DNA from: Patescibacteria group bacterium
GTDB lineage: Bacteria; Patescibacteriota; Microgenomatia; UBA12405; JAHJSD01
Assembly: GCA_018830585.1 (NCBI GenBank)
Contig: JAHJSD010000078.1
Location: 1 to 39,180, forward strand
DNA length: 39,180 nucleotides
Direction: 5' to 3'
This document shows positions 16,214-24,149 of the stretch, one piece after another. The first letter of the stretch is position 1. Every line of letters starts with the position of its first letter. The position numbers and the translations under genes were made by a program. Under the pieces are notes generated by a model. The model saw only the letters and a program-made list of their open reading frames with translations, had not been told where the DNA came from and did not search any database.

Positions 16214-16453
16214 TTAAAGTCTACCTTTTAAGATATAGCTTTCTAATTGGGCTTTGTCTATTTTTAACTTAGATTTTAATTTAGATAGATTTTCAAAAAA
16301 ACCCTTTCCGGTCTTCCTGGTTTTGATTGAAGATAGGTAGGCTCTGACGGCATCATTAACTAGTTCAGAGAGTTTTTTTTGCTTTTGTACGGCCAAAATT
16401 TTCAAGTGGTCTAAATAGTCCCGGTTTAACGAAATGGTTGTTCTTTGCAACAT
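16214..16453 (-). CDS. vapB: ribbon-helix-helix antitoxin (VapB/CopG-like)
   Basis: 79 aa. TTISLNRDYLDHLKILAVQKQKKLSELVNDAVRAYL fits a beta-strand plus two helices. Sits upstream of and nearly abutting the PIN gene. Confidence 0.75.
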   Translation of the reverse strand: MLQRTTISLNRDYLDHLKILAVQKQKKLSELVNDAVRAYLSSIKTRKTGKGFFENLSKLKSKLKIDKAQLESYILKGRL

Positions 16454-16560
16454 AATAATAACATTTTAGCATTTTGATGATTTGATGTCAAGAACCTGTT
16501 GGCAGCTGTTTGTAGCCACGCGTAGTTAGCGCTATATGATTCGTGTTTTATTTCAAGATA

Positions 16561-17387
16561 GTGAAAATCCCGACGTTACGTCGGGAGAGGAATCCCCTCG
16601 CCTCCTGTCATTCTGACCCGCCCAAAGCTACGCAGTTGCTGGCGGGGAAGAATCCCCGTGAAAACAGCAATTTGCTGATCCCAAAGGGGCCGCGCCCGCC
16701 ATCGCTACCCGCCCAGAACTACGTAGCTGTTGGCGGGTTGCGGGCGGGGATTCTTCGTCATCAGAATTCCTCAGAATGACGGTGGAGAGTAAGGGATCGA
16801 GGTTCAAGATGATGGCCAGAGCAGCACAGTCATTCTGAGCGTAGCGAAGAATCCCCATGAAACCAGCAACCTGCTCTAATCCAAGGGGATCCTTCGTCGT
16901 CCCGACGTTACGTCGGGGTTAGGATAATAGGAAGGGGTGAATTTTGACCGCTCATTGATACGATCTTTGAAATGAGCGGTCATTTTAAAGCTTGGAAATT
17001 GGAATTAATTCTAAAAAACAAAACCCCTATTCAACATTGGGAACAAGAGGCCTCTTCTTCCGTCATTCTGAGCGTAGCCCCGTACCGTTCGGTACAGGGC
17101 GAAGCGAAGAATTTTACCCTGTACCCTATGTGGTGCGGGGCCCCTAATTTCCTGGCAACTTGCTTGTCTTGACGGGCCGCGCCCGCCATCGCTACCCGCT
17201 CAGAACTACGTAGCTGTTGGCGGGTTGCGGGCGGGGATCCTTCGTCATTAGAATTCCTCAGGTGCCGGCCGGAGCAGTCTCGTCATTCTGACCCTGAGGC
17301 TTTGTCGAATGGGGAAGAATCCCCTTCCCTCGTCATTCTGACCCCGCAGCGGCGGGGGAAGAATCTATCGAAGCGTAAATTTCGCGA
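16561..17387. repeat. largest cluster of GC-rich nested palindromic repeat modules
   Basis: CCCGACGTTACGTCGGG at 16569-16585 and 16901-16917. An 88-bp direct repeat 16687-16774 / 17174-17261 (3 mismatches). GTCATTCTGA...GAAGAATC units at 16607-16660, 17062-17110 and 17281-17365. 16606-16660 is the reverse complement of about 33051-33105. Confidence 0.85.
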
Positions 17388-17430
17388 TTCACCCCCGGGG
17401 TGTCTGGAGATTTTCACCCGGGGGTGTTGG
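17388..17430. repeat. palindrome-containing repeat, right copy
   Basis: TTCACCCCCGGGGTGTCT..TTCACCCGGGGGTGTTGG, a direct repeat of 15775-15818. Confidence 0.7.
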
Positions 17431-17590
17431 CTTTGGGTAGGGCACAAACTTATTAGTTTTAACAGAAAACATGGGTGTTAGCCTGTGTAGTTTATCAAAA
17501 CCGAAGAACCCCCCTCATACCGGGCAACTTGCCTTTTAAAGAGGGTTTTTTCGGGACTGTTTTCTCGAAGTTTATTTTCGGATAGATTTC

Positions 17591-18217
17591 CTAATACTTT
17601 AAAATCAGGCTTGGCGATTCCAGCCGGCAGGTAATTCCGTTTAAAGATTTAATTTCCAATTGGTAATCGTTCCTGCCCGACCAGATAGTTAAGCTTTGGC
17701 TGGTTAAGTTCTCAAAAACGATCTGACTACTGGATTGTTCCGAATAGTCAACTGCCCGGAAATTCGTTTTGTCATAAATTCTGGCGTAACAGCGGCTGTT
17801 GCCGTAGTCGGCTTTTAGATTGCCGACCCAATAGACCTTAACCCCGGCCGGGTAGTCTTTCAGGTTTAAAGAAAAATCGGAACCGGGAATTACCGTCCAG
17901 CTTCTCTCAGTGGTGTTGCCTCCGGCTCCCAGAGACTGATAACTGACCGTTTTATTGGAACTGATTCGGCTTTTGTTCAAACTATGTAAAGCCGCGTTAA
18001 TTTTCCGATCGATTAATTCCTGGCAGACCAAAGGACAGCTGCCGGTTTCGGTGGTCGAGGATAAAACTTTAGATTGGTTTTTTCTGCCCGCCAAAAGATA
18101 GCTAAAATAGAGGAAGTTTTCCGCCAAAAACAAAAATAAAAGAAAAATTAAGACCTTGTTTTTAAACAATGGACCATTCGGCCTTTTGCTTTTAAGCAAT
18201 TTGTGGGTAGTGATCAT
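17591..18217 (-). CDS. hypothetical membrane-anchored protein
   Basis: 208 aa. One N-terminal TM (VLIFLLFLFLAENFLYFSYLL), then a Ser/Thr-rich linker and a beta-rich domain. No known motif. Confidence 0.55.
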   Translation of the reverse strand: MITTHKLLKSKRPNGPLFKNKVLIFLLFLFLAENFLYFSYLLAGRKNQSKVLSSTTETGSCPLVCQELIDRKINAALHSLNKSRISSNKTVSYQSLGAGGNTTERSWTVIPGSDFSLNLKDYPAGVKVYWVGNLKADYGNSRCYARIYDKTNFRAVDYSEQSSSQIVFENLTSQSLTIWSGRNDYQLEIKSLNGITCRLESPSLILKY

Positions 18218-18331
18218 TCGGTTTCTTCCAAAAGCGGACTAATTCATTTTACATCAATTAACCGGGCCAGATCAATCCAGACTGTTTTGCGAAAAAACAG
18301 TTCTGAGTAAATTTCTGGTAAAATAGTCTTA

Positions 18332-18760
18332 GTGGCAAAAAAGCGTGTGATACCGATAGTCCTTTTTGGTTTGACAGCTTCCTTCTTGGTTGTTTTGACC
18401 AGCTTCTTTTTTCCTGCTTTTAGGCAATTAATTCAAGGAACCGCCTTTATGGTTATTTTAATCTTAATTTTTCTTTTAGGACTATTGTTGCTTTTTTTGG
18501 TTTTAAGGCAAAAAGTAAAGCAACCTCTTCGAAAGTTCTTGCTTTTAACCAGTATTGGCGCGGTTGGCTTTTTCGGAGGCGCTTTTTTACATAATTTCTT
18601 TTACGGTCTTGGTGTTTTATTTAACAACATTCCGGTTTTGGGCTTTTTAATGGAGCTTCTGCATGTTGCCTTTTTTCTTATTTCCATTCTGGTTTCTCCG
18701 GTCATTTTTTTGATAGGCCTGATCGGTAGTTTGATAATTTTCTTAAGAAAGAAGGTTTAA
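18332..18760 (+). CDS. hypothetical polytopic membrane protein
   Basis: 142 aa, four hydrophobic segments, GTG start. Confidence 0.6.
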   Translation: MAKKRVIPIVLFGLTASFLVVLTSFFFPAFRQLIQGTAFMVILILIFLLGLLLLFLVLRQKVKQPLRKFLLLTSIGAVGFFGGAFLHNFFYGLGVLFNNIPVLGFLMELLHVAFFLISILVSPVIFLIGLIGSLIIFLRKKV

Positions 18761-18971
18761 AATATGTTATCCTTTGCCTTCGCTTGGTTGAGGGAGTGGT
18801 ATCTGGGCCATTCATTTCCCAGAATCTGGATAATTCAGACCTGCTTTAGAATATGAAAATTTCGGAGGAAATCGGTAATTGGCAAGGGAAACCGAAAGAG
18901 TTAGTTATTTTTCTGTCAGGGAAAATCTTAAAGGATAAGGGATCAATTTCCGAATTGGCAAGGAGGGAAAG

Positions 18972-19640
18972 ATGAAGAAAAAATTTTTAATTTTTTTGGC
19001 TTTGGCGGTCTCGGCAGTGGCGGCGGTTTTCTGGCTTTTTTCGAAACCTTTGCCCGAGGTTGAGGATAAAGAGGATCAAGGCACTGAAATTACCATACCG
19101 GTTGAAGTGACTATTGTTGAAAAACGAGACGAACAGATAGTCGGCGGCGACAAAGATGAACATGGTTGTATCGGTTCTGCCGGATATGCTTGGTGTCAGG
19201 CCAAGGAAAAATGCATTCGTGAGTGGGAGGAGCCCTGTGATAATGAAGAAGTTTTTGATCTGTTTAGTCGGATGAAAGACTCGCTTTCGGAAAGCTTTTC
19301 CGGTATTGCCAAAGTAGATTTTAACTGGAATGTTGAAGGAGAGAAAGAGGGTAAAGCGGTCAAAACGGAGATTTTGCCTGTTTCCGGCGAGGGGATTAGC
19401 GCCACCGAAATTGCCAGTGGAAAAATATCAGAGATCGAAAGTTTTTTGAAAGATAACGGCTTTTCCGTTGATGTTTATAATGTCAGCGCCGGCACTATCG
19501 GTTCGGCTGCCGGATATCAAAAGGGAAAAACCGTTTGTCTGATCACTGAAGCCCTTTCCGGTTTTAATCCGGAAGAATCAATGATACCGACAATAACAGG
19601 CAAGAGCGATATTAAAGTCAGTTGTGGACGGTTGCAATAA
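18972..19640 (+). CDS. secreted/anchored protein with an HGC-x4-AGY-x-WC-x5-C-x3-WE-x-PC motif
   Basis: SD AGGAGGG is 4 nt upstream. N-terminal signal/anchor. DEHGCIGSAGYAWCQAKEKCIREWEEPC. Paralogous to 22010-22600. Confidence 0.65.
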   Translation: MKKKFLIFLALAVSAVAAVFWLFSKPLPEVEDKEDQGTEITIPVEVTIVEKRDEQIVGGDKDEHGCIGSAGYAWCQAKEKCIREWEEPCDNEEVFDLFSRMKDSLSESFSGIAKVDFNWNVEGEKEGKAVKTEILPVSGEGISATEIASGKISEIESFLKDNGFSVDVYNVSAGTIGSAAGYQKGKTVCLITEALSGFNPEESMIPTITGKSDIKVSCGRLQ

Positions 19641-19660
19641 TTTTTTGCTAAACTGCTTTT

Positions 19661-19987
19661 ATGTTCGGTAAAAAAGAAGAAACATCTCTGCCGGTGATTG
19701 GTTTTCTGCAAGCGGCTGGATTAGTTGCTTATTGCGGCCTGGTTGCTTTGCTTTTCTGGCAGGGTGAACACTGGTTTGGCAAAGTGGCTAACTTCTTAGG
19801 ACCGTTATTGTTCTTAACTCTTTTTATTGTCTCAGCCCTGATTTGCGCCTTGATAGCTTTGGGCTACCCGGTGATTCTGTTTTGGGAGAAGAAGAAAAAA
19901 ACGGAAGCGGTTCATTTGATCGCCTTCACCGCTGGCTGGTTAGTCTGTTTTGTTTTTGTCTTTATCCTGCTGACCCTGCTTTTTTGA
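19661..19987 (+). CDS. hypothetical membrane protein
   Basis: 108 aa, three hydrophobic segments. Confidence 0.6.
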   Translation: MFGKKEETSLPVIGFLQAAGLVAYCGLVALLFWQGEHWFGKVANFLGPLLFLTLFIVSALICALIALGYPVILFWEKKKKTEAVHLIAFTAGWLVCFVFVFILLTLLF

Positions 19988-20003
19988 AGAAGCCCCTTTT
20001 TTG

Positions 20004-20012
20004 TGCTATAAT
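20004..20012 (+). promoter_or_regulatory. extended -10 promoter element TGCTATAAT
   Basis: Exact TGnTATAAT at 20004-20012, 49 nt upstream of the ATG at 20061. Confidence 0.45.
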
Positions 20013-20060
20013 GTCCTATTGCATACTCTGTTTAATGTTTGCGATTAAGGAGGAGAGTAA

Positions 20061-20192
20061 ATGGCGAATTTTATAAAAATTGAGAGGAGTGCTTTAGGAG
20101 GCCGACCCCAGACTACTGTTATTTTGATGGGGAAATGGTCGCCCGTATGCTGCGGTGGGTGTAGTACGTTCCGTAGACGGATCGTGCGATGA
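20061..20192 (+). CDS. 43-codon Cys-rich small ORF (speculative)
   Basis: AAGGAGGA at 20047-20054, 7-nt spacer, ATG 20061. Product MANFIKIERSALGGRPQTTVILMGKWSPVCCGGCSTFRRRIVR. Below the ORF-track length cut-off. Its 3' half lies in GC-rich, possibly non-coding sequence. Confidence 0.3.
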   Translation: MANFIKIERSALGGRPQTTVILMGKWSPVCCGGCSTFRRRIVR

Positions 20193-20855
20193 GCTCGTTG
20201 AACATAGAAGGATGATTGGTAGCGGAGATAGTCGGCAGCTTGCTCACTCAGGGGATTGTTCTATCATAGAGGGTCCTTGTTGTTACGACACTCATACTTT
20301 ACCTGGACCACCCAAAAGCTTTCGAGATGCGGTGGGGGTAGCGACAGAAAGATTGAGACAAATGCACCCGACTCTTGTAGCGCCCAGAAGGAGAAGAAGG
20401 TCATCGGGTAACGGATAACCTCCGCTAACGACAATTGGTGTTTGGCAGTGACTGCTTTGAAAGAGTTTAAAAACTTTGAGTTTACCCTTCCGGAACTATT
20501 TTAGTTATCTATCATCTTTGAATTATGGGAAATAGGGTCGGGATTTGCCCGAACCAAAAGGAATCTCTCGGTTGTGATTCTCGAGGCAGTGTTTGTCCGC
20601 GTTTGGTATCTGTACCTGTCTGGGCTGGCCAGGAGGGCAAGAGCGATTGTGTTCGGCTAACAGCGCGTTGTTCTTTGACCAGTGCCGAACTTAGGGCCGG
20701 AATAGATTACTCCGAGGCAAAACTTCCTCCTGTAAAAAGAGATGTAAAACCGTCAATCTTCCCCGGTTGATAAGGTATCTTGTTTTATTTCTATTTTTGA
20801 CGACTTTCTTCGCTGTTTCTTTCATAAAAAGAGTCATTTTTTCTCTTATTTTGGT

Positions 20856-21080
20856 CCGCCTTCGCGAAAATCCCGAAGGGATCCCTTCGGGGCCCGAGGC
20901 TTTTCAAGCCTCGGATGGATAGCGAGCCTGAGTGTAAATGTTGTTTTCGCTTCCACCTTCGCTAAGGCTTCGGTGGACAGGTCGGCGCCTGCCTGCCGGC
21001 AGGCAGGGATTTCAGCTTTTGAACGGAAGAAACGTTTGTCTATCATACGAAGAATCCGAGGCCTGTTAGACCTCGGAGCT
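20856..21080. repeat. GC-rich palindromic repeat modules
   Basis: TCCGCCTTCGCGAAAATCCCGAAGGGATCCC (copy of 9532-9572), CCGAGGCTTTTCAAGCCTCGG, GCCTGCCTGCCGGCAGGCAGG (20988-21008), CCGAGGCCTGTTAGACCTCGG. Confidence 0.75.
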
Positions 21081-21431
21081 TCAATAAAATATGCTGATAT
21101 GTCAAAATGGCGGGGAGAGTTGGCTAAACTGAATCTTAGGCGTTGCTGCTGCGGCAGAGTTTGGGTGCCGCCAGGACAGGCGGCAAAAGTACCTGGGACC
21201 GGGTCCGGTTGGTATTCAAGTTTTCAGGAAGCAAGAAATTCTTTTGAACGAACTCCGGGCTACGATCCGGTGTTGAGAGTTTCAGGTAGCAGGCGGGGTA
21301 GAATAACTTGTCCTGAGTGCAGAGAACGACCCCGGTAGTTATTTGAAGTTAGCTCTTTCTGAGAAGATAGTTCTTGCTGTATGAATTTCTACTTGTTCAA
21401 AAAATAAATACAGCTCCACCTTTACCTTCCT

Positions 21432-21480
21432 TACATTTAACTCCGCGATCGCGGGGTTAAATGTAAACCCCGGCCTTTTT
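21432..21480 (+). terminator. long perfect hairpin followed by a T-run (terminator or operator)
   Basis: TACATTTAAC (21432-21441) / GTTAAATGTA (21456-21465) enclose the palindrome CCGCGATCGCGG (21443-21454). TTTTT at 21476-21480. Located 20 nt upstream of the 21501 gene. Confidence 0.4.
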
Positions 21481-21500
21481 AAAACTGCTAAAATATTTTA

Positions 21501-21974
21501 ATGAAAACCTCCTTTAAAACCGGCTTCAGCTTTGGTTTAACTTCGGCAGTAATTACTACTTTGGGTCTAATCGTCGGTTTGGATGCCGGTACCCATTCCA
21601 AACTGGCGGTAGTCGGTGGCATTTTAACTATCGCCGTTGCCGACGCCTTTTCCGACGCTTTGGGAATCCATATTTCCGAAGAATCCAAAGACGGAAACAG
21701 CCAAAGTGAAATCTGGGAGTCAACAATCTCGACCTTTTTGGCCAAATTTATTTTCGCTCTCACCTTTGTCGCTCCGGTTCTTCTGTTCAATTCTTCTTTG
21801 GCGGTTTTAGTCGATGTCGTTTGGGGTTTTTTGCTTTTGGCGGTGGTTAGCTTTTTAGTGGCAAAAGAGCAGGGGAGAAACTCCCAGAAAGCAATAATGG
21901 AACACCTGGCTATTGCCTTTTTGGTTGTTGTCAGTCGCGGGGTTGGTTATGGGGTAGCCCGTCTTTTGTCGTGA
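21501..21974 (+). CDS. VIT1/CCC1-like family membrane protein
   Basis: GLTSAVITTLGLIVGL and IAVADAFSDALGIHISEES resemble the two conserved VIT-family segments. Hydrophobic C-terminal half. Confidence 0.55.
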   Translation: MKTSFKTGFSFGLTSAVITTLGLIVGLDAGTHSKLAVVGGILTIAVADAFSDALGIHISEESKDGNSQSEIWESTISTFLAKFIFALTFVAPVLLFNSSLAVLVDVVWGFLLLAVVSFLVAKEQGRNSQKAIMEHLAIAFLVVVSRGVGYGVARLLS

Positions 21975-22009
21975 TTTTGAATTAACGCCAATTAGTGTAA
22001 AATGAAAAT

Positions 22010-22600
22010 ATGAAAGGACGATTACAAAAAAACAATTTCTTAATTTTGCTTTTGGCGATAGTTGTCATTTGCGGAGCAGCCTATTTTTTGGTTAGTTTTA
22101 GTTTAAAGAAAAATGGCAGTAAAGAAGCTGATTTAGACCAGCACGGCTGTAATTTGACCGCCGGTTATCGCTGGTGCGAACCGGAGCAAAGATGTTTGGG
22201 TGGGTGGGAAGATCCTTGTGGAGAGGGAACTGCCTCCGCCCCGACCGTGTTGGAGAAAGAAATGGTTTTGGAAAAAATAGAAAAAGAGTTGGGCTTTTTG
22301 ATTGAAAGTAAAAAACAGTTTTCGGTTAAATGGCGTGTTTTGGAGGAGATAATTTCATTTGACGGTCAGGGTTACCAATATGCCGGCAAAGCAGAAGATG
22401 TCTTAGTTAAGTTTAATCAAATAGACGGGATTTTAAGAAGCGAAAACTTTACCAAAAAAACGGTTGATTACGATCGCGACCTTGGGGCGATCGATTATTT
22501 TGCTTATAAAAGCGCGGCTACAATTTGTAATCTGAGGACTTTTAAAGTCGGGTCCGAAGATCCGGGCAAACTGGAAATACTTTGCGCGCTTACCAATTAG
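22010..22600 (+). CDS. secreted/anchored protein with the same four-Cys motif as 18972-19640
   Basis: N-terminal anchor, DQHGCNLTAGYRWCEPEQRCLGGWEDPC, and a C-terminal pair of Cys (ATICNL...LEILCA) as in the paralog. Confidence 0.65.
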   Translation: MKGRLQKNNFLILLLAIVVICGAAYFLVSFSLKKNGSKEADLDQHGCNLTAGYRWCEPEQRCLGGWEDPCGEGTASAPTVLEKEMVLEKIEKELGFLIESKKQFSVKWRVLEEIISFDGQGYQYAGKAEDVLVKFNQIDGILRSENFTKKTVDYDRDLGAIDYFAYKSAATICNLRTFKVGSEDPGKLEILCALTN

Positions 22601-22604
22601 AGAT

Positions 22605-22835
22605 TTTTTCGGGAAGAAAAAACAGCTTATCCTTCGAGCCTTTCGGTAAACTCAGGGTAAACTTGTGTCGAGAAGGATTTGTCCAGAGGCAGTTCTCGAT
22701 AAACTCGAACAATAAACGTGAAAAGGCTTGTCTTCGACAGGCCTTCGGTCCCGAGTCATTCGATAGTGAGCTCATGACAGTCGAACTGCTCAAACCGAGG
22801 GGTTCGAACGGTAATGATTCCTTATCCTTTGAGTC
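22605..22835. repeat. GC-richer palindromic intergenic block
   Basis: CTTATCCTTCGAG / CTTATCCTTTGAG direct ends, with internal hairpins (GGCCTGTCGAAGACAAGCC-type). The two mutually antisense track ORFs (22582-22908+, 22590-22859-) are judged artefacts. Confidence 0.55.
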
Positions 22836-22894
22836 TTTTGAGATTTTTTTAATATTCAAATTTATTTGTTATTTTTTTAAAAAAGGAGGAAAAA

Positions 22895-23503
22895 ATGACT
22901 GGTTTTAAAACCAACATCGAAGAAAAGACAGCGGCTAACGCCAATTTCCGGCAAGTTTTATTTACCGGCAAGTATAGTCAATTAGTAGTAATGAGCCTTC
23001 GGCCGGGTGAAGAAATTGGTCTGGAGGTTCACGATATTGTGGATCAATTTTTCCGGTTTGAAAAAGGCCAGGGTAAAGTAATCATTGACGGAGAGGAGTT
23101 TGTCGTTGCCGACGGCGACGCGGTAGTGGTTCCTGCCGGATCAAGGCATAATGTGATCAATACCTCGCTGGTGGAAGACCTTAAGCTTTACACTCTTTAT
23201 AGCCCGCCCAACCATCCGGACGGGACAATTCAGGCTACTTTAGAAGAGGCAATGGCGGCCGAAGAGGTGGAACACGATCAGATTGGCGCTCCGGTTGCTC
23301 CGGAAGAACCGCCGGCAATGATTCCTTCCGCGCCTGCCCCGGCGGAAGCTCCGGTATTGGCACCGGTTCCGGACACTGCTCCGGAAATAGTTCCGGAACC
23401 TATGCCGGAACCCGTCTCGAATCCTGCTTTGGAAGCAGTTGCTGATCCTATTTCAACAGCCGATTCCGGGCTGGAATCGGATCCCGCTGGAGATATAGAA
23501 TAA
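22895..23503 (+). CDS. cupin domain protein with a Pro/Ala/Glu-rich C-terminal tail
   Basis: SD AAAGGAGGA upstream. Cupin core GEEIGLEVHD...GDAVVVPAGSRHNVIN. The last ~75 aa are PAPE-rich low complexity. Confidence 0.8.
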   Translation: MTGFKTNIEEKTAANANFRQVLFTGKYSQLVVMSLRPGEEIGLEVHDIVDQFFRFEKGQGKVIIDGEEFVVADGDAVVVPAGSRHNVINTSLVEDLKLYTLYSPPNHPDGTIQATLEEAMAAEEVEHDQIGAPVAPEEPPAMIPSAPAPAEAPVLAPVPDTAPEIVPEPMPEPVSNPALEAVADPISTADSGLESDPAGDIE

Positions 23504-23506
23504 ACT

Positions 23507-23536
23507 ACACACGGGCTAAAGCCCGTGTGTTCTGTT
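23507..23536 (+). terminator. hairpin ACACACGGGC-TAAA-GCCCGTGTGT
   Basis: Perfect 10-bp stem 3 nt after the cupin stop, with a weak T tract (TCTGTT). Related copies at 17470-17492 (inverted) and 28886-28905. Confidence 0.5.
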
Positions 23537-23552
23537 AAAACTGATAAGTTTA

Positions 23553-23645
23553 CGGCTTCGCCCCGTACCGTCTGGTACGGGGTTTCGCTGGATTCTTCGC
23601 TCCGCTCAGAATGACGGGGAAAGGAGGTTTCTCTTTTAACGTAAC
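23553..23645. repeat. GC-rich palindromic repeat modules
   Basis: CCCCGTACCGTCTGGTACGGGG (23561-23582) followed by GATTCTTCGCTCCGCTCAGAATGAC. Confidence 0.7.
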
Positions 23646-23697
23646 ATCGGGGTTTTCGCTTTCCCGGAATAAGTTGGAGTTTTAACGCGGTAACCGG

Positions 23698-24084
23698 TTA
23701 ACCGGTGTAGCGGGCTCTGTTTATTTGCCAGGGCTTTCTTTGGACAATTTTTTCGTCTATACGGGTAGTAGCCCTTCCGCCGATCGTTACTCCCCGTAAG
23801 GGCTGGCGAGGATTGGTTGGCACTATTCCCAAAAAAAACCCAGGCTTTTTTACCACAACTACTTTTGCTCCAATTCTGATTTGACGGAAAGTTGGGCCGA
23901 TACTTGTCATAATTTCCAAACCAAAACTCCCTCTCGGCACCGCCAGTCTTTGGTGGTGTGGAAGAACCAGCCCGTTTCTCGGAAACCGGAGTCCGTCAGC
24001 GCTGTTGACATATTCATTTCTCCGTCCGCCGGTTGTTTCAATTGCTATCCAATGGTTAAGCCCGGCCCGCAGTCTTAGTCTCAT
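23698..24084 (-). CDS. orphan Arg-rich 128-aa ORF (doubtful; may be non-coding RNA)
   Basis: Track ORF. On its strand a consensus TATAAT (plus coordinates 24096-24101) lies 11 nt before the ATG, with no SD. Composition is Arg/Gly/Pro-rich and GC-richer than typical genes here. No motif recognised. Confidence 0.25.
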   Translation of the reverse strand: MRLRLRAGLNHWIAIETTGGRRNEYVNSADGLRFPRNGLVLPHHQRLAVPRGSFGLEIMTSIGPTFRQIRIGAKVVVVKKPGFFLGIVPTNPRQPLRGVTIGGRATTRIDEKIVQRKPWQINRARYTG

Positions 24085-24149
24085 GGTATCATGGTATTAT
24101 AGTATATACTATATATATTAAGTGGCTTTGAAAGGATAATATTTCCCTC

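Noticed and set aside
16561-17387. Possible CRISPR array, because of many short repeated units.
   Set aside because: There is no constant repeat length or regular repeat-spacer periodicity. The units are palindromic modules in mixed orientations and also occur singly elsewhere. No cas genes are present.
15775-17430. An integron gene cassette, with attC-like palindromes around vapBC.
   Set aside because: No IntI-type integrase or attI/Pc is in the window. The sites are shorter than typical attC and lack recognisable R/L box structure. It is kept only as a flanked-cassette observation.
20140-20190. Group II intron domain V-like string GCCCGTATGCTGCGG...GTAGTACGTTCC and a GTGCG nearby.
   Set aside because: The two halves do not pair as domain V requires (TACG is followed by TTCC, not GGTTC). 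There is no intron-encoded RT or maturase, and the upstream DNA that would have to be the intron body is occupied by ordinary genes.
20155-21338. Track ORFs 20155-20418, 20525-20770 and 20973-21338 as protein genes.
   Set aside because: They have no SD or promoter signals, and their products are Arg/Cys/Gly/Pro-rich without secondary-structure-like periodicity. One runs through known repeat modules, so they were treated as non-coding.
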